Below the pieces are notes generated by a model. It saw nothing but the letters and a program-made list of their open reading frames with translations. It was not told the DNA's origin and searched no databases. This document shows, piece after piece, positions 1 through 8,706 of a DNA stretch of 64,000 bases. Position numbers and translations under genes: made by a program. The DNA comes from Terriglobales bacterium (lineage in GTDB: Bacteria > Acidobacteriota > Terriglobia > Terriglobales > Acidobacteriaceae): assembly GCA_035601775.1 (NCBI GenBank), contig DATNNO010000085.1, forward strand, positions 190,826-254,825, written 5' to 3'. The number at the start of each line of letters is the position of its first letter. The stretch's first letter is position 1.

Positions 1-6
1 GCTAGC

Positions 7-699
7 GTGCTGATAGCTAAGATTATGAAGAAGACTTTTTGGATCACGCTAACATTTTCACTGGGCTATTTGGTTTTGGCCCTTGCCTGTCTAGTCCTGT
101 GGAGGACTGCTCATCCATGGCTGCGGGTAGATTGTTTCTCGGGTGGCTACCTGGCGTTAAGATTCTTGGGTTCAATTCACTCCCTGATTTCAAGTCGAGG
201 AGTCTTTCATTCAAAGCCTGTCATGCGGGAGTGGTGGGCACTGGAATCAGACCAGTCAGCGCCGCACATGGTCGTTCTTCTCATGGTAGCCGACTTGGCT
301 GTCTTTCTCGACTACGGGCACTGGCAGTTGATTCCCAGCCTTGAGCGACCGTTGCTTCAAAGCTTTGGATTAGGACTGTACGTTGCGGACGCGATTTGGC
401 AAACCTGGACAGACGCCCATCTTGCCAGATACTTCAGTCAAGAACGACCTGAAGCGATGCCAATGGATTATGGGCCTTATCGTTACGTCCGCCATCCCCG
501 TTACGCCGCTGCCATCGTGGGGAAGATCGCATTCGCACTGGTGTTGGCGAGTGCGTTCGGCTGGCTGCTGGCCGCCTGTTGGGGAGTTGTCCTTCTGCGG
601 AAGATGGCAGTAGAGGAGGCACACTTGCAGAGGTTATTTGGCCCCAAGTACAAGTCGTATGCACAACGAACCGCCAGGGTAATTCCAGGAGTCTATTAG
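7..699 (+). CDS. Isoprenylcysteine carboxyl methyltransferase (ICMT)/phospholipid methyltransferase family membrane protein
   Basis: ORF 7..699 (GTG start; in-frame ATG at 25). Several hydrophobic helices. C-terminal YRYVRHPRYAAA ... EEAHLQRLFGPKYKSYAQRT is typical of ICMT/PEMT-type enzymes. Confidence 0.7.
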   Translation: MLIAKIMKKTFWITLTFSLGYLVLALACLVLWRTAHPWLRVDCFSGGYLALRFLGSIHSLISSRGVFHSKPVMREWWALESDQSAPHMVVLLMVADLAVFLDYGHWQLIPSLERPLLQSFGLGLYVADAIWQTWTDAHLARYFSQERPEAMPMDYGPYRYVRHPRYAAAIVGKIAFALVLASAFGWLLAACWGVVLLRKMAVEEAHLQRLFGPKYKSYAQRTARVIPGVY

Positions 700-880
700 C
701 GGAGCCGTCATATGGCTGTGACTTCACATGCGAGAATCATGTATCTCTCGCACCCGAAGAAATGAGGAAGGGTTTTACACTCACGACCTGAGCAACCAGA
801 GCTCGTGAAAAGTAGCATAATTAGCATGTTGCCAGGGTGATTTGCTGAAGCTGAGCAGGTATAACTAAATTGGGGGTCAT

Positions 881-1822
881 ATGCTAATGCTGAAGGGTAT
901 AGCACCGTGGTTTGGCATCGTCCTGCTGTGTTCTTCACCGGTTCTTTCCCAGATTAATCCCAATCAGGTAGCCATTCTGAAGTGGTATCCGGCAAATACG
1001 GCAGCAACATTTTCAGTAGGGCGAGCCCCATGGGGAACCGCTTTTGACGGATCAAGCATCTGGGTGACGAACTTTACCGATGATACAGTAAGCAAGTTGC
1101 GTGCTAGTGATGGGCAGCGATTAGGGACCTTTAAGACTGGAAACGGTCCTACCGCTATGGCGTTTGATGGCGAGAATGTTTGGGTCGCCAATTCTGGAAG
1201 CAATTCCACCACTAAGATCCGTGCCCGAAATGGCGCTGTTGTAGGGACATTCTCCGTTGGCAATACCCCAGATGGCATTGCTTTCGATGGCGCAAACATA
1301 TGGGTTGCCAATGGATTCGGAAATACCGTTACAAAGTTGCGGGCCATAGATGGCAAGGTTCTCGGCACATTCCCCACTGGTAAAGAACCAGCGTGCGTCG
1401 CTTTTGATGGATCCAATGTTTGGGTGAACAATTTTGCAAGTGGCAGTGTTACAAAACTCCGCGGCAGCGATGGAAAAAATCTCGGAGAATTCCCGGTTGG
1501 CGCAGGCGCAGAGGCAATCGCGTTTGACGGCTCTAATGTCTGGATCACAAATAGTGACAGCAACACCGTCACCGAATTAAGAGCGTCAGATGGTCTTACC
1601 TTAGGAACATTCTCCGTTGGTTCTACTCCATCAGGCATCGTATTCGATGGGCAAAGCATGTGGGTCACAAACTACAGAAGCAGTACCGTAATGAAAATGC
1701 GTATCAGTGATGGTATGGTTTTGGGGACTTTCCCCACGGGAAATGAACCTCTTGTTCCTGCTTTTGATGGAGCAAATATTTGGATTCCAAATAGCGAGGA
1801 TAATTCAGTTTCTAAGATGTGA
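881..1822 (+). CDS. Secreted seven-bladed beta-propeller repeat protein (YncE/NHL-like)
   Basis: Signal-like N-terminus (WFGIVLLCSSPVLS). Seven ~41-aa repeats with consensus V(T/S)KLRasDGxxLGTFxVGxxPxGIAFDGxNIWVxN. Confidence 0.75.
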   Translation: MLMLKGIAPWFGIVLLCSSPVLSQINPNQVAILKWYPANTAATFSVGRAPWGTAFDGSSIWVTNFTDDTVSKLRASDGQRLGTFKTGNGPTAMAFDGENVWVANSGSNSTTKIRARNGAVVGTFSVGNTPDGIAFDGANIWVANGFGNTVTKLRAIDGKVLGTFPTGKEPACVAFDGSNVWVNNFASGSVTKLRGSDGKNLGEFPVGAGAEAIAFDGSNVWITNSDSNTVTELRASDGLTLGTFSVGSTPSGIVFDGQSMWVTNYRSSTVMKMRISDGMVLGTFPTGNEPLVPAFDGANIWIPNSEDNSVSKM

Positions 1823-1856
1823 ACCAGGGCAGCAGCCTGGGCCCTCCTCTTGCTTG

Positions 1857-1958
1857 GGGAAGATCCCCCTCGATGAGGCTCACCTGAGAACGACCTTCGG
1901 TTCCAGTTATGTGTCGTACTCACAAAGGACCGCAAAGGCGCTGCCAAGTATCTACTAA
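1857..1958 (+). pseudogene. Relic 3-prime end of a second ICMT-family gene
   Basis: The last ~33 codons of ORF 1707..1958 (GKIPLDEAHLRTTFGSSYVSYSQRTAKALPSIY*) align with the C-terminus of the ICMT ORF at 7..699 (VEEAHLQRLFGPKYKSYAQRTARVIPGVY*). No ICMT body or start lies upstream. Confidence 0.45.
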
Positions 1959-1993
1959 GGTCAGCCGGGTTGCCTCATTAATAAACTTTCAAG

Positions 1994-4210
1994 ATGACAG
2001 CCACGGAATCATTGCGGACATCAGATCCCAGAGCATCTGCTCCAAGGCTTCGTCATCGGCTTGGTTGGAGTGGGTGGAGCGAAAGAGCTTTCCTGGCAAT
2101 TCTGGTCCTCGTTTTTGTAGTTACAGGATTCATTCCGGCATGGACCCATCTCAATTCAGATTTTCCCAATTACTACCTAATTGCACGTCTGTACCGCGAG
2201 GGCTATCCGCTTGAGCGGGTGTACGAATGGACTTGGTTGCAACGGAAGAAAGATCACCAAGGAATTGATCAGCCACTAGTTAGCTTTATTCCTTCCACTC
2301 TTCCATCGGCACTAATAGTCCTGCCCTGGTCCTCACTTCCGCCCTTGCAGGCGAAGCGCTGGTGGCTGGTGGTAAACCTGGCGTTCTTGTTGGTAATAGC
2401 TGTCCTGCTGACCGCGATTACGAAGTTAAGCTTGACACGGATTGCGTTGGTGATGTTCCTGGCGACTATTCCTCTCCGCGACAGCTTTCTTTATGGGCAA
2501 ATGCACATTCTAGTTTTACTCTTGCTCACCTTCGCTGCGTGCTTGTATTTCAAAGATTCCTTTTTCTTATCTGGCATAGTTCTCGCGATCGCTGCAACCA
2601 TAAAGATCTATCCCGCTTTGTTCCTGATCTTCTTTGTATTCAAGAAGCAGTGGCGTGCCGCGATGGGTCTTATTGTTGGACTCTCAAGTGCGGCAACGAT
2701 TTCACTCTACCTTTTCGGAAGAAACGCATGCCTGCTCTATGTTCAAGAAGTCTTGCCCCAAGGCTTGAGGGGGGAAACCATTGATCCTTACAGCGTCGCT
2801 TGGAACTCGTTGAGCGCACTATTGCGGCGACTCTTCGTTGCAGAACCAGAACTGAATCCCGCTCCGGTCGCACACCTGCCGTGGCTTTACGCGCTTCTTC
2901 ACCCCCTGGCTCACGGCCTCATTTTTGTAGTTTTCATGTCGGCGATCAGTTCGAGAGCCGCGGACTACGGCAGAAGGAAGCTGGAGTGGGCGACTTATTT
3001 GTTTTTGCTGTTACTTCTGTCCTCACAGCCTGGCTCTTATCATTTTGTGGCGATGATATTGACGGCTGTCTTGGTCGTCGATTACCTGCTTGCTCATCAG
3101 CAAACAACCAGAGCGGCCGTCGTTGTTTTCATCTATGCCCTAATTTGTGGTCCACTGATCCAACTACACTGGATACAGGCAGCGGGCTGGCGCAATCTTC
3201 TGTTTTTCCCCCGGCTCGCATTGATGAGTTTTTTCGGGGGCGCATTGCTCTGTATTCTAGTCTCAGTGTCGCCGGAATCGTCGAGAATCCGCTTCAACCT
3301 AAAGGCCTCGGCCTTTGCTGCACTTGCCTTGCTCGCATTGGTCGCGGTCGGGTTCGTCTTTAACGCAAGACATCTTAAGGGACAGTTCGATAACTACAAG
3401 ACACGCTTGGTCACTATCCCTGATTCCCTGTTTGCATCCGATCCTGTAGTTACGTCACGAGGCGTGTTGTTTACTGGGTTGGTGAGGGGAGGCTACGCAG
3501 TGCGCCGCCTAAGTACGGGGGCGGTAACAGATTTTCCTGAGGTTGGCGGCGATTGGTTCCATCCGACTGCTGGAGAGCAGACGGACGAAAGCTGGGCCGA
3601 GCAGTCATTGCCGGGGGGTTCGCGTATCGTGCGTTTCTTTCCTTGGGATGCGCCTCGGAACCCTGCCGACATGACAATTGAGGCTGACAACGCGGAGCAC
3701 CCGGTAGTGTCGCCCGATGGCAAGTTACTTGCGTTCATCCGAGAGTCAAACGGCCGAGATAGCTTGTGGATTCGGCAAATCAGAACGGAGGAGGACAAGA
3801 TTCAAGCAATTGGAGAACGTGAAATCGCAGGAACTGGGTACGATGTGAGAGAAATGAGTTTCGCTCCCGACCACCGATTAGTATTTAGCTCCAGAAGCAA
3901 GGGACGGTTCGCGCTGTATATGGCAGAGCAGTCGGGAAGCATAGAAGAGATGAACGCTCCGAGTTGTTCTGCCCGTTATCCTACAATATCGCCGGATGGA
4001 CAGTGGATGGCATTTAGTTGTGAAGAGCGCGGAAACTGGCAGATTCACGTGATGAACCTGCATACGAGCGAAGAATCGCAACTAACCAATAGTGAATGCA
4101 ACTCCATTAGTCCTGCGTGGACGCCCGATTCCAAGCATATCGTTTACGCGACAGACTGCGGCCGCGGTCTCGGACTAACCGCTCTGGCAGAACTCACCGT
4201 CTTCCATTGA
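1994..4210 (+). CDS. Polytopic GT-C/DUF2029 (GT87-like) membrane glycosyltransferase-like protein fused to a C-terminal TolB-type PD40 beta-propeller
   Basis: 738-aa ORF. The N-terminal ~430 aa are dominated by TM helices. The C-terminal ~250 aa carry PD40-type repeats (VSPDGKLLAF, ISPDGQWMAFS, PAWTPDSKHIVY). Confidence 0.6.
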   Translation: MTATESLRTSDPRASAPRLRHRLGWSGWSERAFLAILVLVFVVTGFIPAWTHLNSDFPNYYLIARLYREGYPLERVYEWTWLQRKKDHQGIDQPLVSFIPSTLPSALIVLPWSSLPPLQAKRWWLVVNLAFLLVIAVLLTAITKLSLTRIALVMFLATIPLRDSFLYGQMHILVLLLLTFAACLYFKDSFFLSGIVLAIAATIKIYPALFLIFFVFKKQWRAAMGLIVGLSSAATISLYLFGRNACLLYVQEVLPQGLRGETIDPYSVAWNSLSALLRRLFVAEPELNPAPVAHLPWLYALLHPLAHGLIFVVFMSAISSRAADYGRRKLEWATYLFLLLLLSSQPGSYHFVAMILTAVLVVDYLLAHQQTTRAAVVVFIYALICGPLIQLHWIQAAGWRNLLFFPRLALMSFFGGALLCILVSVSPESSRIRFNLKASAFAALALLALVAVGFVFNARHLKGQFDNYKTRLVTIPDSLFASDPVVTSRGVLFTGLVRGGYAVRRLSTGAVTDFPEVGGDWFHPTAGEQTDESWAEQSLPGGSRIVRFFPWDAPRNPADMTIEADNAEHPVVSPDGKLLAFIRESNGRDSLWIRQIRTEEDKIQAIGEREIAGTGYDVREMSFAPDHRLVFSSRSKGRFALYMAEQSGSIEEMNAPSCSARYPTISPDGQWMAFSCEERGNWQIHVMNLHTSEESQLTNSECNSISPAWTPDSKHIVYATDCGRGLGLTALAELTVFH

Positions 4211-4285
4211 GCTGCTTACCGGAAAGAGGGAGTTCGCTTGTATCCGAGTTTTCGCACCTGACCTTGAAAGTTTTGCCAGCTTGAG

Positions 4286-5209
4286 ATGACCAACTTCTCC
4301 GTCCTTCGTTACCGGATGTATTTCGCCGCCAAAGACCTTGGTGTGCCGGATATGTTGCGCAGGTGGCCTTGGGCCGTACGAGCGCTTAGGCGGTTTAAGG
4401 CGCTGATCGAACGCTACGCGTTGCCGAACAAGCAGGTTTGGGTTCAGGCGCAAGCTGGGCTATCTCAGGGAATGTGGATGCGGCTTCGTCTTCCCGAGGA
4501 AGCACGCCACTGGCGCGGTGAACACGAAACCGAGGTGCAGGATGCAATTTGTGCCGGGGTTCGGCCGGGTACTGTTGTCTATGACATTGGCTCTCATGTA
4601 GGAACTGTCGCTCTTGGGGTCGCACGGCTCGTGGGTCAATTGGGCCGAGTGGTAGCTTTTGATGGTGATCCCGACAACACGGCGACGTTAGGGGAAAGCA
4701 GGCTGCGGAACCGACTGGAGGCGCGCCTTGCAGTTGTGCATGCCGCCGTCTGGTCTTACACCGCCAGTCATGGAATTCCTTTCCGGCGCGGCGGAACCCG
4801 AAGATCCCAGGGAGGAGTGGAAGCGAACGGACAACACCCCGTGGCGGGAACGGGCGAAATCATAAGTGTGCCAGCGGTCACGTTGGACGACTTCATCGCT
4901 GCTGGGGGACCCGTTCCGCAACTGGTCAAGATTGACGTGGAAGGCGGCGAGTACGAAGTCCTGCGCGGCGGCACCAACCTTTTCGCAAGTCAACGGCCAC
5001 TCATCATCGCCGAGGTCCACCATCAGCAGGCTGCCGAGCTGATTGGCGTTTGGCTGGGACAGTACCAGTATTGCGCACAGTGGAACATCCCAAGGGAGAA
5101 TTTTCCACGCTGCATGTTCGCTTGGCCAACTGAATATGATGGAGCAACATGGATGCAGAAGAGCGCCGGCTTCCGGAAGCCACGGCCCACGCCTCATTTT
5201 GTCTTGTAG
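4286..5209 (+). CDS. FkbM-family SAM-dependent methyltransferase
   Basis: VYDIGSHVGTVALGVARLVG (SAM-binding loop) and VKIDVEGGEYEVLRGG are characteristic of FkbM-type methyltransferases. The start is uncertain because in-frame Met codons lie downstream. Confidence 0.75.
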   Translation: MTNFSVLRYRMYFAAKDLGVPDMLRRWPWAVRALRRFKALIERYALPNKQVWVQAQAGLSQGMWMRLRLPEEARHWRGEHETEVQDAICAGVRPGTVVYDIGSHVGTVALGVARLVGQLGRVVAFDGDPDNTATLGESRLRNRLEARLAVVHAAVWSYTASHGIPFRRGGTRRSQGGVEANGQHPVAGTGEIISVPAVTLDDFIAAGGPVPQLVKIDVEGGEYEVLRGGTNLFASQRPLIIAEVHHQQAAELIGVWLGQYQYCAQWNIPRENFPRCMFAWPTEYDGATWMQKSAGFRKPRPTPHFVL

Positions 5210-5267
5210 ATTTGCCGCCCACCGGCTTCCCGACGATTGTGAAGTCGCTCCCTCAGCAGACCCCGCA

Positions 5268-6779
5268 TCAAGTGCAACTCGGTGCCGTCTCCGGCTGCAG
5301 TCTTTTCGCGTCCACGCTCGGTTTCGGCAGTTTGATGATGTTCTTCAACTGGCGATTGATCCACAGTTCAATCGGAAAATTGTAGAAGTCGTGGTTCAAA
5401 CGCACACGAGCGGGGTAAGCGGTGAGATGTTGAACCGCTTTCGCAAAGCGGCCGTGGCCGGTGGTCGCGATTGGAGCACGATCAAAGGCGATGCGCAGAT
5501 AATCCCGCATGGTTTGAACACGCTGATGGTCCCTGCCTTTGAGCCAGGGCAGAACTGTATAACGGGGGAAGTAGTCCACCCACCCCTCAAAGGACTTGGG
5601 AACTTCGATGCCCAGCTTTGCCGCCTGGTGAAAAATTGGCGAGCCCGGATAGGGCGTGAAAATGTTGGTCCAGAACTCTGCGCCGGGAAACTTTTGGCAG
5701 ATATCCATCATGAAGTTGACTGTCTCGCGTCGTTCTTTCGGACCCTCACCCGGGAAACCAAAAATGATATTGAAGGACGGGATGACCCCGGCTCTTATGC
5801 AACGCTCCGTCGATTGGTAGATGTCCCCTAGGATCTGAAAATCTTTGTTCATCAACTTCATTACGGTCGGGGAGGCGGTTTCGATGCCTTGGCAGATTTG
5901 GTGCAGCCCGGAGCGGCGAAGCAGGGTCAACTCTCCGATACTGAGACGCGCCGTCAGATTGGTCGTGGCTTGAACACTCCACTTAAAAGTGCTGCCTGCG
6001 CGAACCAATCCTTCCGCAATCTGCAACGACCGGTCAAGGTCGACCAGGAAATTATCGTCAGCCATCCACAGCAGATCGAGCCTGTAACGTCTGGTAAGCT
6101 CGATGGTTTCTTCAACGACCTGTTCGACCGGCAGTGCATTCCATTTGCGCCCGTATACTCCAGCATTGGTGCAGTAGAAACAATTGAAGGGGCAAGCGAG
6201 ACTGGAAACATACATGGTCCAGCGGCGCCCGCAAACTTTCTCATAAGCGTCGAAATCCGCAAGGTGATAGGCCTTGGCGGGCATTTTGTCGAGCGTCTTC
6301 AGAGGACGTTCAGGCGTGAGGTGCAGCTTGCCATCGCGCTTGAACCCAATGCCCAGGACGTCATCCAGAGGAGCGTCGTCACGCAGGCGGTCGGCAACCT
6401 CGAGCATACTGTCTTCGCCCTGTGCCCGAACGATGATGTCCACGTATGGCGCCTCGAGTGTCTGGCCGGGCAACAGGGACGGGTGCCATCCTCCCAGAAT
6501 CACGGGGAAGTCAGGATTCCACTTCTTGACTGCCTTGGCGACGTCCACCGTCTCGCGGATCATTGGCCCGGTCACGACGGAAATGCCCAGGCAGAGTGCA
6601 TCTTTTACTTCTTCCATGATCCGCTTCTTGTAGTCGGGGGTAATCGTCGAGTCGATAATCCGAATGTCGTATCCCGCATTCAATAGGGGAGTGGAGATAG
6701 CAAGGATGCCTAAGGGAGCCGTCGCCTCGATGCTTGAAAAAGAAGCGACAAAAAACACGATCTTCTTCGACGATTTCAC
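5268..6779 (-). CDS. B12-binding-domain radical SAM protein (class B rSAM), subfamily 1
   Basis: CxxxCxxC = CPFNCFYC. N-terminal Rossmann-like region (KKIVFFVASF ... GISVVTGP ... ILGGWHP). C-terminal tail NIFTPYPG ... LPWL ... YNFPIELW is shared with 7134..8645 and 12602..14065. GTG at 6779 was chosen by alignment with paralogues. The track ORF extends to a TTG at 6887. Confidence 0.85.
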   Translation of the reverse strand: MKSSKKIVFFVASFSSIEATAPLGILAISTPLLNAGYDIRIIDSTITPDYKKRIMEEVKDALCLGISVVTGPMIRETVDVAKAVKKWNPDFPVILGGWHPSLLPGQTLEAPYVDIIVRAQGEDSMLEVADRLRDDAPLDDVLGIGFKRDGKLHLTPERPLKTLDKMPAKAYHLADFDAYEKVCGRRWTMYVSSLACPFNCFYCTNAGVYGRKWNALPVEQVVEETIELTRRYRLDLLWMADDNFLVDLDRSLQIAEGLVRAGSTFKWSVQATTNLTARLSIGELTLLRRSGLHQICQGIETASPTVMKLMNKDFQILGDIYQSTERCIRAGVIPSFNIIFGFPGEGPKERRETVNFMMDICQKFPGAEFWTNIFTPYPGSPIFHQAAKLGIEVPKSFEGWVDYFPRYTVLPWLKGRDHQRVQTMRDYLRIAFDRAPIATTGHGRFAKAVQHLTAYPARVRLNHDFYNFPIELWINRQLKNIIKLPKPSVDAKRLQPETAPSCT

Positions 6780-6968
6780 GGGAGTGCCTTTCAGTGTTTC
6801 ATCTTGACCAGACCTAGGCGCTATTTGCCCTACGGCTTTGATCGAGCATTGGGTTCCAGTCGTGCATTGCTCAACCCGATCTCGCAACCCGGCCCGGGCA
6901 GATTACGGAACTTTGGGCGTAAGACTTGAAATCGAGTAGTCAAAAAGTACCAACCCGCCTCGCAGCGG

Positions 6969-7103
6969 TTGTCTCTAAATTGTCAAGATTCTGCAAAATC
7001 CACGTGACTATCGCCCTTTGTTGCTGTTGAATTTCTTAGTGCCTTCAAGAAAATGACAGATTTTTGACAATTGCATGACAAATGCCTTTCACCTGAATCC
7101 TAG
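6969..7103. promoter_or_regulatory. Bidirectional control region, copy A, between divergent rSAM genes
   Basis: Colinear with 14134..14269. The first 44 nt are 40/44 identical (TTGTCTCTAAATTGTCAAGATTCTGCAAAATCCACGTGACTATC). Both share TAGTGCC, three TGACA at 7054, 7065 and 7076 (11-bp phasing), mirrored TGTCT/TGTCA/TGCAA at 6970, 6981 and 6992, and a terminal TCCTAG. Confidence 0.55.
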
Positions 7104-7133
7104 CTTGGGTATTCCAGCGCGCACGCGATTGCA

Positions 7134-8645
7134 TTGAGCGAAATGCCTCGGAGCAGAAAAGTCGTACTGTTTTATCCGCCCTATGACGGACCTCCGTTGG
7201 GGGCGCCGTTGTGTCTGCTGGCGCTGGCATCCCCGTTGCTCGAGGCTGGTTTCGAAGTCAAGCTGGTGGACAATCTGATGTCACCCGACTTCGAGAATGT
7301 GATTCTGCGCGAGACAGAGGACGCGCTCTGTCTGGGCATTTCAATCCTCACCGGCCCGATGATCGGTTCCGCGATCAGGATAGCGAAAAAAGTGAGGCAG
7401 AATCGCCCGGAGCTGCCCATTGTGTTTGGCGGCTGGCATCCCACGCTGGTTCCAGAACAAACGCTCAAGCCGGATTTCGTGGATGCCATCGTGCGAGGCC
7501 AAGGCGAGCTGACTTTGCTCGAACTGGCCCAGCGACTGGCGGAGGGTCAGGACTTGCACGGGGTGCGGGGCCTATCGTTCAAAGATGACGCAGGCATGCA
7601 TCATGAGCCGGAGAGACCAGTTGCAAACATCAACGACCTGCCAGCCCCCGCGTATCACCTGGCGAATGTCGATGTTTATGCCTCTACCACTGGCGTACGG
7701 CAGCTGGCCTATGCGAGCAGTGTTGGTTGCCCCTACGCATGCAATTACTGTACGGACATGGTCTTTTACAAGCGCCGCTTCAACGCGTATCGCGCCGACC
7801 GGGTAGTCAGCGATCTGGCTGAGCTGGTTCCGCGCTACGGCATTGAAGAAGTCGCGCTTCTGGATTCCAATTTTCTGGTTGACATCAAACGCGCGGTCGC
7901 AATTGCCCGCGGGATCATCGCGAGCGGCGTCAAGTTCAAGTGGGATTTTCAAGCTTCAACTGACTTCGTGGCGAGGATGAGCGAAGACGATGTTCGGTTG
8001 CTGGGTGAGAGTGGCGTGAACCACATGGGATTTGGCACGGAATCGGCTTCCAAAGATGTGCTCGCTTTGATGAACAAGAAACACGAGCGCATAGAAGACA
8101 TGGTAGACACGGCCCGCAAGGCGGAGCTCGCGGGCATTCACGTTACTTTTAATGTCATTCTCGGATACCCGGGCGAAACCGAGGCGGATCGCCAACAAAC
8201 GTTCCGCATCATGAGCGAGATCGCCAAGCAATACTGGAATGTCAGCTTTTCTCCCAACATTTTCACTCCCTACCCCGGGATTCCAATATGGCCGCAACTG
8301 AAGGAGATGGGACTGCAGGAACCGCAGTCACTGGAGGAATGGGAGAATCTGGCCTTAGGATTTAATGTGCTTCCATGGTTGCAGGGGGAAGAACTGCGCC
8401 GGCTGCGACGCAGCCTCGAGTACTTCCTGCTAAACAACCAGATCCGCAAGGCGACAAAGAAGAGTGCTTGGTTGCGGCAGGGTTTTCGCCGGGCTCTCGG
8501 TGCGCCTGTACGCTGGCGCATCAACAAGAACCGCTACTCATTCCCTTGGGAACTCTGGGTTTCGCGTGCGGTAGAGCGGGTCACGACGCGGCGATCGCTC
8601 CTCACAGGCCAAAAACTAAGTGACCGAATGCAGGAAGTTTGCTGA
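7134..8645 (+). CDS. B12-binding-domain radical SAM protein (class B rSAM), subfamily 1
   Basis: CPYACNYC motif. N-terminal KVVLFYPPYDG ... GISILTGP ... VFGGWHP. C-terminal NIFTPYPG ... LPWL ... YSFPWELW. TTG at 7134 or ATG at 7143. Confidence 0.85.
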   Translation: MSEMPRSRKVVLFYPPYDGPPLGAPLCLLALASPLLEAGFEVKLVDNLMSPDFENVILRETEDALCLGISILTGPMIGSAIRIAKKVRQNRPELPIVFGGWHPTLVPEQTLKPDFVDAIVRGQGELTLLELAQRLAEGQDLHGVRGLSFKDDAGMHHEPERPVANINDLPAPAYHLANVDVYASTTGVRQLAYASSVGCPYACNYCTDMVFYKRRFNAYRADRVVSDLAELVPRYGIEEVALLDSNFLVDIKRAVAIARGIIASGVKFKWDFQASTDFVARMSEDDVRLLGESGVNHMGFGTESASKDVLALMNKKHERIEDMVDTARKAELAGIHVTFNVILGYPGETEADRQQTFRIMSEIAKQYWNVSFSPNIFTPYPGIPIWPQLKEMGLQEPQSLEEWENLALGFNVLPWLQGEELRRLRRSLEYFLLNNQIRKATKKSAWLRQGFRRALGAPVRWRINKNRYSFPWELWVSRAVERVTTRRSLLTGQKLSDRMQEVC

Positions 8646-8706
8646 TGTCGTGAGTTCGACCAAGCAGGCACAGTCCCAGGGTGCCTAACCCAGTCTTTTC
8701 CGTGTT

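Noticed and set aside
964-1668. Long antisense or alternative-frame ORFs overlapping confident genes. Examples are 964-1668(-), 5043-5831(+), 5889-6686(+), 15331-16110(-), 25743-26414(-), 37913-38638(-), 44128-44922(-), 44944-45531(-), 47177-47908(-) and 47919-48830(+).
   Set aside because: Each lies opposite or out of frame to a gene with clear family motifs. Their translations are Arg/Pro/Gly/Ser-rich and low in complexity, as expected for open frames in high-GC DNA. None has a start context or recognisable motifs.
8646-8706. Weak hairpin (AGGCAC ... GTGCCT) between the convergent rSAM and flippase genes as a bidirectional terminator.
   Set aside because: The stem is only 6 bp with no flanking T/A tracts. 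That is not enough to call a terminator.
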